Positions 10,476-20,536 of a stretch of DNA of 47,185 nucleotides are shown here, in pieces. How positions within the stretch are numbered: the first letter of the stretch is position 1; each line of letters opens with the position of its first letter. The position numbers were made by a program, and so were the translations under genes. A model generated the notes under the pieces. It was not told the DNA's origin. It was given only the letters and a program-made list of their open reading frames with translations, and did no database searches. Location of the stretch: the NCBI GenBank assembly GCA_011364905.1, contig RDNZ01000021.1, positions 1 to 47,185 of the forward strand. The letters are read 5' to 3'. This DNA comes from Candidatus Thorarchaeota archaeon. Its GTDB lineage: Archaea; Asgardarchaeota; Thorarchaeia; Thorarchaeales; Thorarchaeaceae.

Positions 10476-10610
10476 GTGTCGTATTCTCTTGGGAGTGCGG
10501 ACAAGAAGCTTCATAAGGGCCATACTGCCCTTTGCGTAGAATAACTAACTGACGTATATGAGTTCGACAATTGGCGAATTGACAAATTACTGATTGAGGA
10601 GATAATTGCT

Positions 10611-11651
10611 ATGGTTGGTATTGTTGGTTATGGAGTTTACATACCACGCTATCGGATTAAAACCTCAGATATTGCAGATGTCTGGGGAGAAGATAGCGCT
10701 CGAATTGGAAAAGGACTTGGTGTTTTTGAGAAGTCAGTGCCAGGACCTGATGAAGATGTGGCCACCATTTCAGTAGAGGCGGCCAGAAATGCAATCAAGT
10801 TGGCACAGATAGACCCGACGGACATTGGTGCAATCTATGTGGGCTCAGAATCCCACCCATATGCTGTCAAGCCAACTGGTACTATCGTGGCTGAGGCTAT
10901 TGGATGTTCGCACGATTTGACATGTGCGGACTATGAGTTTGCATGCAAGGCGGGTACAGCGGCCATACAAACAACAATGGGTCTTGTCAAATCAAAGATG
11001 GTCAAACTGGGCTTAGCAATTGGATCAGACACAGCACAAGGAAGACCTGGTGATGCACTGGAGTATTCCGCAGCTGCTGGTGGTGCTGCGTATATTGTAG
11101 GACTGAAGAACATAATCGCAACCATAGAGGAAACGGTTTCATTCACTACAGATACTCCGGACTTTTGGCGTCGTGAGGGAGAAGACTTTCCAAGTCATGG
11201 CGCACGTTTCACCGGCGAGCCAGCATACTTCAGACATGTTGGTGAGGGAGCAAAGTCGCTTTTCAAAAAGACAAAGACGACCATAGATGACTATGACTAT
11301 TTTGTGTTTCATATGCCTAACGGGAAGTTCCCAGTTGCCATGGGTGCTCAGCTCGGTGTACCACCAGAGAAGCTTGAGGACAGCCTTGTTGTCAGGCAGA
11401 TTGGAAACACTTACTCTGGCTCAGCGATGATAGGGCTTGCACGGGTTCTCGATATTGCTAAGCCAGGAGCACGGATTTTTGTCGTCGCTTATGGCTCCGG
11501 GGCTGGAAGCGATGCTTTTGCGATTAAGGTTGAAGATGCTATAGAGGAACGTCGCGGCGAAGTGCCAACCGTTGATGACTACATCGCAAGAAAGACATAC
11601 GTTAACTATGCGACATATGCAAAGTACCGTGGTAAAATCAAGGCCATGTAG
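10611..11651 (+). CDS. Hydroxymethylglutaryl-CoA synthase (archaeal type)
   Basis: [27 protein letters not shown] and GNTYSG motifs. Confidence 0.96.
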   Translation: MVGIVGYGVYIPRYRIKTSDIADVWGEDSARIGKGLGVFEKSVPGPDEDVATISVEAARNAIKLAQIDPTDIGAIYVGSESHPYAVKPTGTIVAEAIGCSHDLTCADYEFACKAGTAAIQTTMGLVKSKMVKLGLAIGSDTAQGRPGDALEYSAAAGGAAYIVGLKNIIATIEETVSFTTDTPDFWRREGEDFPSHGARFTGEPAYFRHVGEGAKSLFKKTKTTIDDYDYFVFHMPNGKFPVAMGAQLGVPPEKLEDSLVVRQIGNTYSGSAMIGLARVLDIAKPGARIFVVAYGSGAGSDAFAIKVEDAIEERRGEVPTVDDYIARKTYVNYATYAKYRGKIKAM

Positions 11652-11665
11652 AAGGAGGTGTCAGA

Positions 11666-12826
11666 ATGAGTGATAGAGTAGCTATTATTGGAGTTGGAAT
11701 GTGTAAGTTTGGTGAGCTGTGGGAACAGAGTCTAAGAGACATCACTTTGGAAGCAGGAATGTATGCGATATTCGACTCAGGAGTAAGAGGCGCAGACATA
11801 GATGGAGTAGTCATTGGAAATATGAGCGCTGGACGATTCACTGGTCAGGAACACCTTGGTGCTCAAGCAGCTGACATGGGTGGACTCGGAGATATGCCAG
11901 CATACAGCGTTGAAGCAGCGTGCGCTAGTGGAGGAGCTGCTGTTAGACATGCATACATGGCAATCAAGTCTGGCGAACATGATCTAATGCTTGTCCTTGG
12001 AAATGAGAAAATGAGTGATGTGAATCAATCAGAAGCCATGAACACCATTTCTGTCGCTGCGGATTGGGAATACGAAGGCATGTTTGGAGCTACATTTCCT
12101 GCGCTCTACGCAATGATGGCAAGACGACATATGAAGGAATATGGCACGACGGAAGAGCAGCTGGCATTGCCTACTGTCAAGAATCACGCAAATGCAGAGC
12201 ACAATCCTTGGGCCCAGTTTCAACGTGCTGTTCCTCTTGGTGTAGTGATGAAATCGGGATTGATTGCAGATCCCCTCAGAGTACTCCATTCGGCTCCTGT
12301 GACAGATGGAGCTGCAGGACTCGTTGTGTGTCGAGAGGACCTTGCCAAGAAGTATTCAGACACCCCGGTGTATATCGAAGCCTCAGAACAGAGAGGCGAT
12401 ACGCTAGCCTTGCATGATAGAAAATCTATCACAAGAATGGATGCAGTTATCTATTCTACCAAGTCTGCGCTCAAGGAGGCAAATCTCAAAGTAGAAGACA
12501 TTGATGTCTTTGAGTTGCATGATAGTTTCTCAATTGGCGAGATTATACTTACAGAAGACGTCGGTATTGCGAAGAAAGGCGAAGGGGGTAAGGCTCTCGA
12601 AGAAGGAATCACAGAGATTGGCGGAAAGTTCCCAGTTAATACAGGTGGGGGCCTTAAAGCCAGAGGGCATCCTGTTGGAGCAACAGGAGTGGCGCAGATC
12701 GTAGAGCTTGCTCTACAACTTCGCGGCGATGCTGAGAAACGACAAGTCGATGGAGCAGAGAAAGGCCTTGCAGTGAACATAGGGGGAACCGGTGCGACAT
12801 CAATAGTCCACATAATAGGGAGGTAA
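11666..12826 (+). CDS. Acetoacetyl-CoA thiolase (archaeal)
   Basis: EAACASG, ELHDSF and GHPVGATG motifs. Confidence 0.96.
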   Translation: MSDRVAIIGVGMCKFGELWEQSLRDITLEAGMYAIFDSGVRGADIDGVVIGNMSAGRFTGQEHLGAQAADMGGLGDMPAYSVEAACASGGAAVRHAYMAIKSGEHDLMLVLGNEKMSDVNQSEAMNTISVAADWEYEGMFGATFPALYAMMARRHMKEYGTTEEQLALPTVKNHANAEHNPWAQFQRAVPLGVVMKSGLIADPLRVLHSAPVTDGAAGLVVCREDLAKKYSDTPVYIEASEQRGDTLALHDRKSITRMDAVIYSTKSALKEANLKVEDIDVFELHDSFSIGEIILTEDVGIAKKGEGGKALEEGITEIGGKFPVNTGGGLKARGHPVGATGVAQIVELALQLRGDAEKRQVDGAEKGLAVNIGGTGATSIVHIIGR

Positions 12827-12832
12827 AAAAAC

Positions 12833-13258
12833 ATGGCAGAACAAGGAGTAGCACAGGTTTGGCGAAGAATCAGAACTATCTACAATATTCTTGGAAATAG
12901 GTGCACCACATGTAACACTTACTACTTCCCACCTAGACCAGTTTGTCCAACATGCAGGAGAAAGGGGAAGTTGGAGGACTACCAATTCAAAGGACTTGGG
13001 AAAATCTACTCGTACACAATCGTTAGGCAAGCGCCAGAAGATTTTCAGAAACAGATTCCATATGTCATTGCACAAGTCGAACTTGACGAAGGTACAAGAC
13101 TCACAGCACAAATAGTGAATGTAAATCCCGAAGATGTTGAGATAGGCATGCGTGTGCGTGCGTGTTTCAGAAAGATCAAAGCATTCGGTTCTGGTGGAGT
13201 CATTGTCTATGGCTACAAGTTCGAGCCCACAATGCATGTAACGGGGCACGATGAATAA
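12833..13258 (+). CDS. DUF35 Zn-ribbon/OB-fold scaffold of the thiolase-HMGS complex
   Basis: CxxC...FPPR.xCPxC, YGYKF; canonical operon position. Confidence 0.93.
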   Translation: MAEQGVAQVWRRIRTIYNILGNRCTTCNTYYFPPRPVCPTCRRKGKLEDYQFKGLGKIYSYTIVRQAPEDFQKQIPYVIAQVELDEGTRLTAQIVNVNPEDVEIGMRVRACFRKIKAFGSGGVIVYGYKFEPTMHVTGHDE

Positions 13259-13260
13259 TC

Positions 13261-13932
13261 TCAAAGAATGAGTTCTGTAACAGAACCACTAGCAGGTAGA
13301 GCCACATTCCTGATTACTGTGGCTCCTATCTTGATTTTTCCCCTGAATTGATCATGCATGTGTCCGTGAATAATGAAAGTAGGTGACGATTTCTTTAATG
13401 CTTTTGATACCCACCAAGAGTACTCTAAAGAACTACCCTCAAGAAGAGGGCTGAAATGCATTAACAGAATTACATGCTTTGCCTGTTTATGCGATTTTTG
13501 AAGAAGTTGTGAGAGTCGTTCTGCTCGAGCCTCAAAAGCCATTCGTATATCATCATTCACTGTCATTTGAGTGCTGGCTGGTTCTTTGGCTCCAGCCGAC
13601 ATTCCAATGATAGCAACCTTTTTTCCAGATATGCTGAAGGTAGCATGGCTCTCATCGAGGAATACTACTCGATCCTGTGTGATTTGACGAAGTTCATCCC
13701 GGCATGCGATTGGCTCCTCATTCCCGAAACACGCCACAATAGGAAATTCAGAACCGAGTGACTCCACTGCATCTAGAACTTTGGGGTACTCACTACTCTT
13801 ACCGCGATTTATCATATCACCGGCAAAAAGAAAAATGTCGGGCGTTTCACATCGAGAGATGGCAGCCATAAACTCATTCAAGAATCTGGGACTGTGAACA
13901 TCGGCCACTGCCGCAATTCGTACAGACGCCAT
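13261..13932 (-). CDS. Calcineurin-like metallophosphoesterase
   Basis: DVH, GDM, GNEE, MHFSP and HGHMH motifs. Confidence 0.9.
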   Translation of the reverse strand: MASVRIAAVADVHSPRFLNEFMAAISRCETPDIFLFAGDMINRGKSSEYPKVLDAVESLGSEFPIVACFGNEEPIACRDELRQITQDRVVFLDESHATFSISGKKVAIIGMSAGAKEPASTQMTVNDDIRMAFEARAERLSQLLQKSHKQAKHVILLMHFSPLLEGSSLEYSWWVSKALKKSSPTFIIHGHMHDQFRGKIKIGATVIRNVALPASGSVTELIL

Positions 13933-13934
13933 AA

Positions 13935-14645
13935 CTAGTCCTTGCCCCAGACATCCAATTTAGTAATTGCACCGACAGCTGGGAATGCGACATTTCTAAT
14001 GATTGAGGAACCAATTGTCACATCGTGCCTAGTGGAATTATGTACATGCCCATGAATGACAAGATCAGGTTGGTACTCAACTACAACACCATAGAATTTT
14101 CTGCTTCCCAACCAAGAAAATGCTTTAGTGTCCTCTCCCTCGCACGTTTCAAGACAAGGACTATAATGCATTAACAAAATCATGTGATCAACGTGGTTTC
14201 TTATTCTCTTCAGTAGCGATGCAGCTCGTTTTGCTCGTCTCTCATAAACACCCTTTACACTTGGAATGTTACGACGTTGCCAGCTTGTCGCCTTGTCAAG
14301 AGACCCCTGAGTGCCAACAATACCAACTTTGAGACCATTGGACTCCAGTACATGGGATTGTTCATCAAGCAGTATCATTCGATCACGCACGATAGAGAGG
14401 ATATCCTTTCGAATCTCAGTATACTCCTCATTGCCAAAACAACCAATGATTGGAAATTCATCGCCTAGTACTCCCTCTATCACATTCAGTATGTTTTCAT
14501 ACTCCTCTGCATTTCCTCGATATACCATATCCCCAGCAAACAAGAACGCATCTGGCGGCTCATGTAGAGCAAGAGTTTTCGCAAACTCGTCTAGATACCT
14601 TGGGCTATGAATATCTGCGACTGCTAGAATTTTCACCGTAGCCAC
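13935..14645 (-). CDS. Calcineurin-like metallophosphoesterase (tandem paralog)
   Basis: DIH, GDM, GNEE, MHYSP and HGHVH motifs. Confidence 0.9.
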   Translation of the reverse strand: MATVKILAVADIHSPRYLDEFAKTLALHEPPDAFLFAGDMVYRGNAEEYENILNVIEGVLGDEFPIIGCFGNEEYTEIRKDILSIVRDRMILLDEQSHVLESNGLKVGIVGTQGSLDKATSWQRRNIPSVKGVYERRAKRAASLLKRIRNHVDHMILLMHYSPCLETCEGEDTKAFSWLGSRKFYGVVVEYQPDLVIHGHVHNSTRHDVTIGSSIIRNVAFPAVGAITKLDVWGKD

Positions 14646-14784
14646 TTGTCTATATTCTGCAGGTCTAAAGTAAACTGAGATATTAAGTGTTTCAAATGGG
14701 GACTAAATTAGATACATCACTAGCTGAGGGAGGTCACATCTCCGTGGAACTAGGCAAGGTATTAAGTGGTCCAAACAATCAAAG

Positions 14785-15792
14785 ATGGCAGTGAAAAAGA
14801 TGACTGGAACGTGGGGTCTCAATTTGTTTGACCGACTGCATATTGGTCATAAGATCATGATTGACCGCCTCTCGGAGATGCCAAATCCTGTTGCTTGTGT
14901 CACTGGTGGCGAACTCGTCGCGGCAAAGCTCGAGCTTGAGGAGCTTATCCAACCATTAGATATGCGAGAGAGGTACCTGAGGAGATATCTGAAATCTATC
15001 AACTGTGACAACATAATATCGGTGACGACTGCAACACGACGTGAAGATTTGCTGTCAGTTGAGGGGGACACGACCTTCCTGATGTATGAAGGACCTTGTT
15101 GTACAGAGATTCAGTCAGGCGCATTGAAACTACGGAAAAATCAACTAAAGGTAAAGGACACCGTCGAGTTTCTGAAACCATTGAGAGCCCATGATGGAGA
15201 AAAACTGGCATCAGCAAGAATTAGGAAAGGGGAGATAGATAGAGAAGGAAGACAGCTTAGAGGAACGAACGAGCCCCCGAGAGAGTTGCCCAAAGATGGA
15301 AGAACGGTTTTAAAAGCCCCAAAAGGGGATTTGTTTGCTTCAAAAGATGGTTTACCTGAAAAACGGATCGTGGATAGAATCCAGCAAGACCAGCCAAAGT
15401 GCGTCATAGCTGTTGGCGATGTAACAACCAGTACAATCCTAAAGCAGAACTACAGGCCTCAAGTCATGATTGTGGACGGAATTACGAAAAGGGGACGGTT
15501 TGAGGAGAGGTTTTCCGCTGATCGTGTCTACACCATATACAATCCTCCTGCAATGATCTACCCAGAATCTTGGTCTGTCATTGACACAGCCATTCATGAT
15601 GAAGGTACTTCTCTAATTGATGTGGAAGGGGAGGAAGACCTCATGGGATTTCCAGCAGTCTTGCTTGCACCCGATGGTTCAGCTGTTCTTTATGGCCAAC
15701 CTGATGTTGGAATTGTCTGGATTCCTGTTAACAGAGAGAACAAGAAAATCGCTCGTCAACTGCTCGAAAAAATGCCAATCATCAAATCGTAG
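14785..15792 (+). CDS. Fused phosphopantetheine adenylyltransferase + GTP-dependent dephospho-CoA kinase (DUF359)
   Basis: N-half FDRLHIGH and KLASARIR; C-half VGDVTT, VDG.TKR, NPP, EGEEDL and YGQP. Confidence 0.85.
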   Translation: MAVKKMTGTWGLNLFDRLHIGHKIMIDRLSEMPNPVACVTGGELVAAKLELEELIQPLDMRERYLRRYLKSINCDNIISVTTATRREDLLSVEGDTTFLMYEGPCCTEIQSGALKLRKNQLKVKDTVEFLKPLRAHDGEKLASARIRKGEIDREGRQLRGTNEPPRELPKDGRTVLKAPKGDLFASKDGLPEKRIVDRIQQDQPKCVIAVGDVTTSTILKQNYRPQVMIVDGITKRGRFEERFSADRVYTIYNPPAMIYPESWSVIDTAIHDEGTSLIDVEGEEDLMGFPAVLLAPDGSAVLYGQPDVGIVWIPVNRENKKIARQLLEKMPIIKS

Positions 15793-15803
15793 GATAAGAT
15801 GTC

Positions 15804-17327
15804 CTACCATGTACTAAAAACAGAGTGGATTTTCTCGATGCAATCAGTCGCGACGATATGATCACCATACTCATCGAATGCCATCTCTCCAGCCATTCCG
15901 GAAACAAAGGCACCAGCAGAAGCTGCAAGAAATGCAGGCCTTTTCCTTGCCAGTAGAGCTGCGACGATTCCAGTAAGTACGTCCCCAGTTCCCCCCACTG
16001 TCATAGCAGGCACTCCAGTCCTATTCAGTTTGAACTCCCCTCCAGGAGCGGCCACCACATCAACTGGACCCTTAAGAAGAACAGTTGAGTTGTATTTGCC
16101 TGCGCAAGCAATGGCTTGGTCCACTCTGTTTTGTAATGACGCGCTATCACCCAGGTCCTTTTCCATCAGTATAGACAGTTCACCCCAATGTGGTGTCAAC
16201 ACACTTAGTTCAGGACTGAGCTTGAGCTCTGATGCTGCTAGGGATTTGAGTCCGTCAGCATCAAGGACAAGGGGGATTCCAGCTTTTACAATCTGCTCAA
16301 CAATAGACACTACTGCAATTTTGGTCTGTTGCTCGAGGCCCAGTCCAGGACCAATTGCCACCGCAGTACTGTTTTTCGCATATTCGATAACAGCTTCAGC
16401 TGTTTCTGGAACAAGAATATGCGTACCGAGACCTGTGACCATCAGATTAGGACTATAAGATCGGATGGCTGTGACAACGGGATCGGGAGCCAATACCCTT
16501 ACAAGGTCTGCGCCTGTCCGAAGCGCAGCCATAGCGCTGAGTGCTGGAGCACCGGAATAAACATCGCTGCCGCCCACGACAAGAATTCTGCCGAAGTCGC
16601 CTTTCTTTGCTAGAGGAAGACGTGGACTATTAAAGACCATCAAGTCTCCCGGTCCGCAGGTGTATTTGGCTTCTTTGGGGATGCCAATCGAAACAATATG
16701 CAGCTTGCCAACGAATTCCTTAGCTTTCTCCATACCAACTTTCGGAGCATGAAGAGTAATGGTATGGTCCGCCTTTACGGCTGCGCCATGGACTACTCCG
16801 GAGTCAGAATCAATCCCACTCGGAATATCAATCGAGTATTTCTTTGCTGGTGACTTGTTGATCACTTTTACAGCAGTCAGTAAAGGTTCTCTTAGTTTAG
16901 AATGGAGACCAAATCCCATGATACCATCAACAATGACATCGCACTCTTGAATAGGCCTGCAGGACTTTATGGCGGATTCAGTAATTAACTCCGAACTCAA
17001 TATATCATGAAGATTGCTCAGTATATCCCAATTGTGAAGAGTATCTTTGTTCCTAATTCCGGATTCATCTCCAAGTAGATAGACATCAACTTCTGCGCCT
17101 TCCTCATCGAGATACCTAGCTGCAACTAGACCATCTCCTCCATTTCCGCCTAGACCGCAAACAAAGACAACATGCTTCCCATTAATCTTGGATGTTTCAG
17201 AAACTATTCGAGCAACCTCACGACCTGCATTTTGCATCAACATACTATGTGTAATTCCCAGATACTGAGCATTCAGCTCCAGGATTCGCATCTCCTCACT
17301 CGAAACTGGTTCTGTCTCCATCTTCAT
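15804..17327 (-). CDS. nnr: Bifunctional NAD(P)H-hydrate epimerase/dehydratase
   Basis: LMQNAG, GGNGGDG, DIPSG, GPGLG, TPHWGE and GGTGDVL motifs. Confidence 0.96.
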   Translation of the reverse strand: MKMETEPVSSEEMRILELNAQYLGITHSMLMQNAGREVARIVSETSKINGKHVVFVCGLGGNGGDGLVAARYLDEEGAEVDVYLLGDESGIRNKDTLHNWDILSNLHDILSSELITESAIKSCRPIQECDVIVDGIMGFGLHSKLREPLLTAVKVINKSPAKKYSIDIPSGIDSDSGVVHGAAVKADHTITLHAPKVGMEKAKEFVGKLHIVSIGIPKEAKYTCGPGDLMVFNSPRLPLAKKGDFGRILVVGGSDVYSGAPALSAMAALRTGADLVRVLAPDPVVTAIRSYSPNLMVTGLGTHILVPETAEAVIEYAKNSTAVAIGPGLGLEQQTKIAVVSIVEQIVKAGIPLVLDADGLKSLAASELKLSPELSVLTPHWGELSILMEKDLGDSASLQNRVDQAIACAGKYNSTVLLKGPVDVVAAPGGEFKLNRTGVPAMTVGGTGDVLTGIVAALLARKRPAFLAASAGAFVSGMAGEMAFDEYGDHIVATDCIEKIHSVFSTW

Positions 17328-17433
17328 TCACGCTCGATTTGAGAGTGGGTTTTCAGAGGGACCCTCCCTATATCAATTCATTCTCAGTCGTAAAACTCTT
17401 CATCAGAAAGGTGGTTTTTATGGACGAGGCCTA

Positions 17434-18120
17434 TTGAGCGACGGTTATTATACAACAAGACTATCATCAAACATGCTGAAACAGTGTTACGATATTGCCC
17501 CTCCAAGAGTTTCTCAATATCTAAACGCAGAGATCAAACATACAATCAGTCTTATTCGCCCAACGGATGATGTACTTGAACTAGGATGTGGATATGGTCG
17601 TGTTATTGAAAGACTTGCTCAACATTTTGCTGGAAGCAAGCTCGTTGGGATTGATACTTCAAGAGACAGCCTCGAGTTAGCCAGAGAAACTTTTCTGACT
17701 AATCCATTCATTCACATATACCAAATGGATGCAGGCGCTCTAGGGTTTAGAGATGGGGCCTTTGACAAGGTCATCTGTATTCAAAATGGTATATCAGCCT
17801 TCAAGATTGATCCATTGAAGCTTCTGGAGGAATCAATACGCGTGACAAGAGATGGAGGCTTCTGCATACTCTCAAGTTATTTTGAAGGATTCTGGGAGCA
17901 CAGGCTAAAGTGGTTCGAACTACAAGCAGAGAATGACCTTATTGGAGAGATTGACTGGGATGAAACCGGGGAGGGGGTCATAGTATGCAAGGATGGATTT
18001 CGAGCAAACACATTTAGCGAGCAGGACTTCCGAACACTAGCTGAAGAACTTGGTTACAAGACCACAATCAAGGTAATAGATCAATCAAGCGTTTTCTGCG
18101 AAATCCATGTGGAGAGATAG
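17434..18120 (+). CDS. Class I SAM-dependent methyltransferase
   Basis: VLELGCGYG motif I; DA..LGFRDGAFD. Confidence 0.9.
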   Translation: MSDGYYTTRLSSNMLKQCYDIAPPRVSQYLNAEIKHTISLIRPTDDVLELGCGYGRVIERLAQHFAGSKLVGIDTSRDSLELARETFLTNPFIHIYQMDAGALGFRDGAFDKVICIQNGISAFKIDPLKLLEESIRVTRDGGFCILSSYFEGFWEHRLKWFELQAENDLIGEIDWDETGEGVIVCKDGFRANTFSEQDFRTLAEELGYKTTIKVIDQSSVFCEIHVER

Positions 18121-18155
18121 GACTCGAAATATCTAGCCTTGAGTACCATCAGTTT

Positions 18156-19592
18156 TTATTCCCCGGTGAGATACTTGTGAATCCCTCGGGCAGCCTGCTT
18201 CCCGGCACCCGCGGCGCTGATGACTGTAGCAGCCCCAGTGACTATATCACCACCAGCAAATACGCCTGGTAGCGAAGTCATACCAGATTCCTCATTTATT
18301 GTAATAGTCCCCCACTTCGAAACCTCCAGACCAGGCGTGGTCTGTGGGATGATTGGGTTGGGTGAGTTTCCAATTGCCACAACTACCATGTCCACATCAA
18401 CAATGAACTCAGACCCTTCAATGGGAATGGGTCGTCGTCTGCCGGATTCGTCAGGTTCACCAAGCTCCATCTTGATACACTGCATCCCAATGACCTCTCC
18501 CTTCTCGTTGCCAATAATCTCTGTGGGATTTGTGAGAAGACGAAACTCTACTCCTTCCTCCTCAGCGTGATGAACTTCTTCAAGACGAGCTGGTAGTTCC
18601 GTCCGAGATCGTCTATAGACAATCTGGACATGTTCAGCTCCAAGCCTGAGCGAAGTCCGTGCAGCATCCATAGCCACATTTCCTCCACCAATCACAGCAA
18701 CACGATTGCCAATTCTGAAGGGAGTATCATATTCCGGAAACTCGTAAGCCTTCATTAAATTCACACGAGTGAGAAACTCATTTGCTGAGAATACTGTCAC
18801 CAGATTCATACCCGGGATTCGCATAAAGTTCGGCGCACCCGCCCCAGTACCGAGAAATATGGCGTCATAACCATCATCATTCATCAGTTCAAGAACGGTT
18901 CTGATCTTACCGATTACATGATTAAACTTGATTTCCACACCAAGTTTCTCAAGATATTCAACCTCCGCCATGACAATCTCTTTCGGCAACCTGAACTGCG
19001 GAATGCCATATGCGAGCACACCACCAGGTTTGTGGAATGCTTCAAAGATTGTAACCTCATAGCCTAGCTTCACAAGGTCACCTGCACAGGTCAGACTTGC
19101 GGGACCTGAGCCAATGACTCCTACTTTCTTTCCATTCTTGGGTGGTAACTTGGGTATTGGTTCTCCATGGGCTCTCGCATAGTCAGCAACAAACCGCTCA
19201 AGTCGACCAATTGCGATGGGTTCATTTCGGATCCCGTAGATGCAGGGCTGCTCACACTGGGTCTCTTGCGGACAGACACGACCACAAACTGCAGGAAGGC
19301 TGTTGGTTTCTTTTATCTTCAAAGCTGCTTCCATGAACTTCTTCTCTCGAATGAGTGCGATGAAGTCCTTGATATCCACCTCAACAGGGCAACCACCGAT
19401 GCATTTTGGATTTCGACATTGAAGACATTTGTTTGCCTCCTCCAGTGCTTGTTCTTCGGTATAGCCAAGAGCGACTTCTTGAAAATTCTTATTTCTTACA
19501 AGGGGATCTTGCTCCGGCATAGCGACCTTCTTTGTTGGAGGTGGGCGCTCGCGTTTCTTTTTAGGGGCTTTTGCGTTCTTCTCAGGCATCAT
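18156..19592 (-). CDS. nfnB: NfnB/SudA (GltD-like) subunit of electron-bifurcating transhydrogenase
   Basis: CLQC.NPKC..GCP, CGRVCPQE.QCE, GSGPA, GGGNVA and GGDIVTG motifs; start coupled to the nfnA stop. Confidence 0.92.
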   Translation of the reverse strand: MMPEKNAKAPKKKRERPPPTKKVAMPEQDPLVRNKNFQEVALGYTEEQALEEANKCLQCRNPKCIGGCPVEVDIKDFIALIREKKFMEAALKIKETNSLPAVCGRVCPQETQCEQPCIYGIRNEPIAIGRLERFVADYARAHGEPIPKLPPKNGKKVGVIGSGPASLTCAGDLVKLGYEVTIFEAFHKPGGVLAYGIPQFRLPKEIVMAEVEYLEKLGVEIKFNHVIGKIRTVLELMNDDGYDAIFLGTGAGAPNFMRIPGMNLVTVFSANEFLTRVNLMKAYEFPEYDTPFRIGNRVAVIGGGNVAMDAARTSLRLGAEHVQIVYRRSRTELPARLEEVHHAEEEGVEFRLLTNPTEIIGNEKGEVIGMQCIKMELGEPDESGRRRPIPIEGSEFIVDVDMVVVAIGNSPNPIIPQTTPGLEVSKWGTITINEESGMTSLPGVFAGGDIVTGAATVISAAGAGKQAARGIHKYLTGE

Positions 19593-20431
19593 GAGGCACC
19601 TCCATGCTTCTCTCGCCACTGCTTTTCTGAGATGGCCTCTTTTTCCTTGTATGCATTCAAACGGCCCATGAGCTCATCGAAGTCAACCTCATGACCATTG
19701 AATTCTGGTCCATCAACGCAGGCGAATTTCATCTGTCCACCAACATGAACGCGACATGCACCACACATACCAGTTCCATCAAGCATAATACTGTTAAGAC
19801 TCACGAGAGTATGGATTTTCTGTGCTTCAGTTGTCTTTGAAACGAACTTCATCATTGGTACCGGACCAACTGCAAAGACAAGGTCAATCTTGCGTCCCTG
19901 TGAGATAAGGTCTGATAGCACGGTGGTTACAAAGCCATGGACTCCGCAAGTTCCATCATCAGTGGTTATATAATGCTCATCACTGAGGGTCTCCATCTCA
20001 TCACGGTATAACAGCAGATCCATGCTCCTTGCTCCATTGATTGTGATTAGATGATTACCAGCCTCCTTGAAAGCTCGGGCTACTGGATACACTATCGCAC
20101 TTCCGCAGCCACCACCGATAGCAACAACGGTACCATACTTCTTCTCTGTTGGGGATGGCTTGCCCAGTGGACCGACGAAATCTTCAATCATATCTCCGGT
20201 TTCAAGACTTCCGAGAAGGAGAGTTGACTTTCCGACCTCTTGGAAGACAATTGTGATTGTCCCCTTTTCTCGGTCAAAGTCAGCGATAGTCAGTGGAAAA
20301 CGCTCGCCTGTTTCGTTTACACGAATCATTACGAATTGGCCAGGTTTGCATACACGAGCAATCTCCGGTGCAGCAACCACCATCATTTTCGTGACTTCGT
20401 TTAGAACTTTTTTTGAGAGAATCTCATACAT
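19589..20431 (-). CDS. nfnA: NfnA/SudB (PyrK-like) subunit
   Basis: PGQFV, ERFPLTIAD and DGTGMCGACR...CVDGPEF motifs. Confidence 0.93.
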   Translation of the reverse strand: MYEILSKKVLNEVTKMMVVAAPEIARVCKPGQFVMIRVNETGERFPLTIADFDREKGTITIVFQEVGKSTLLLGSLETGDMIEDFVGPLGKPSPTEKKYGTVVAIGGGCGSAIVYPVARAFKEAGNHLITINGARSMDLLLYRDEMETLSDEHYITTDDGTCGVHGFVTTVLSDLISQGRKIDLVFAVGPVPMMKFVSKTTEAQKIHTLVSLNSIMLDGTGMCGACRVHVGGQMKFACVDGPEFNGHEVDFDELMGRLNAYKEKEAISEKQWREKHGGAS

Positions 20432-20536
20432 GGAATCACTGCCTCGAAAGGTATCGGAAGACTCCGAGTCACTTGCGTTGCGGCTTCATGAGTGAGATAA
20501 GGGTTTGGGTTAGGCACTGAGCTTGATTGTGTCGTG

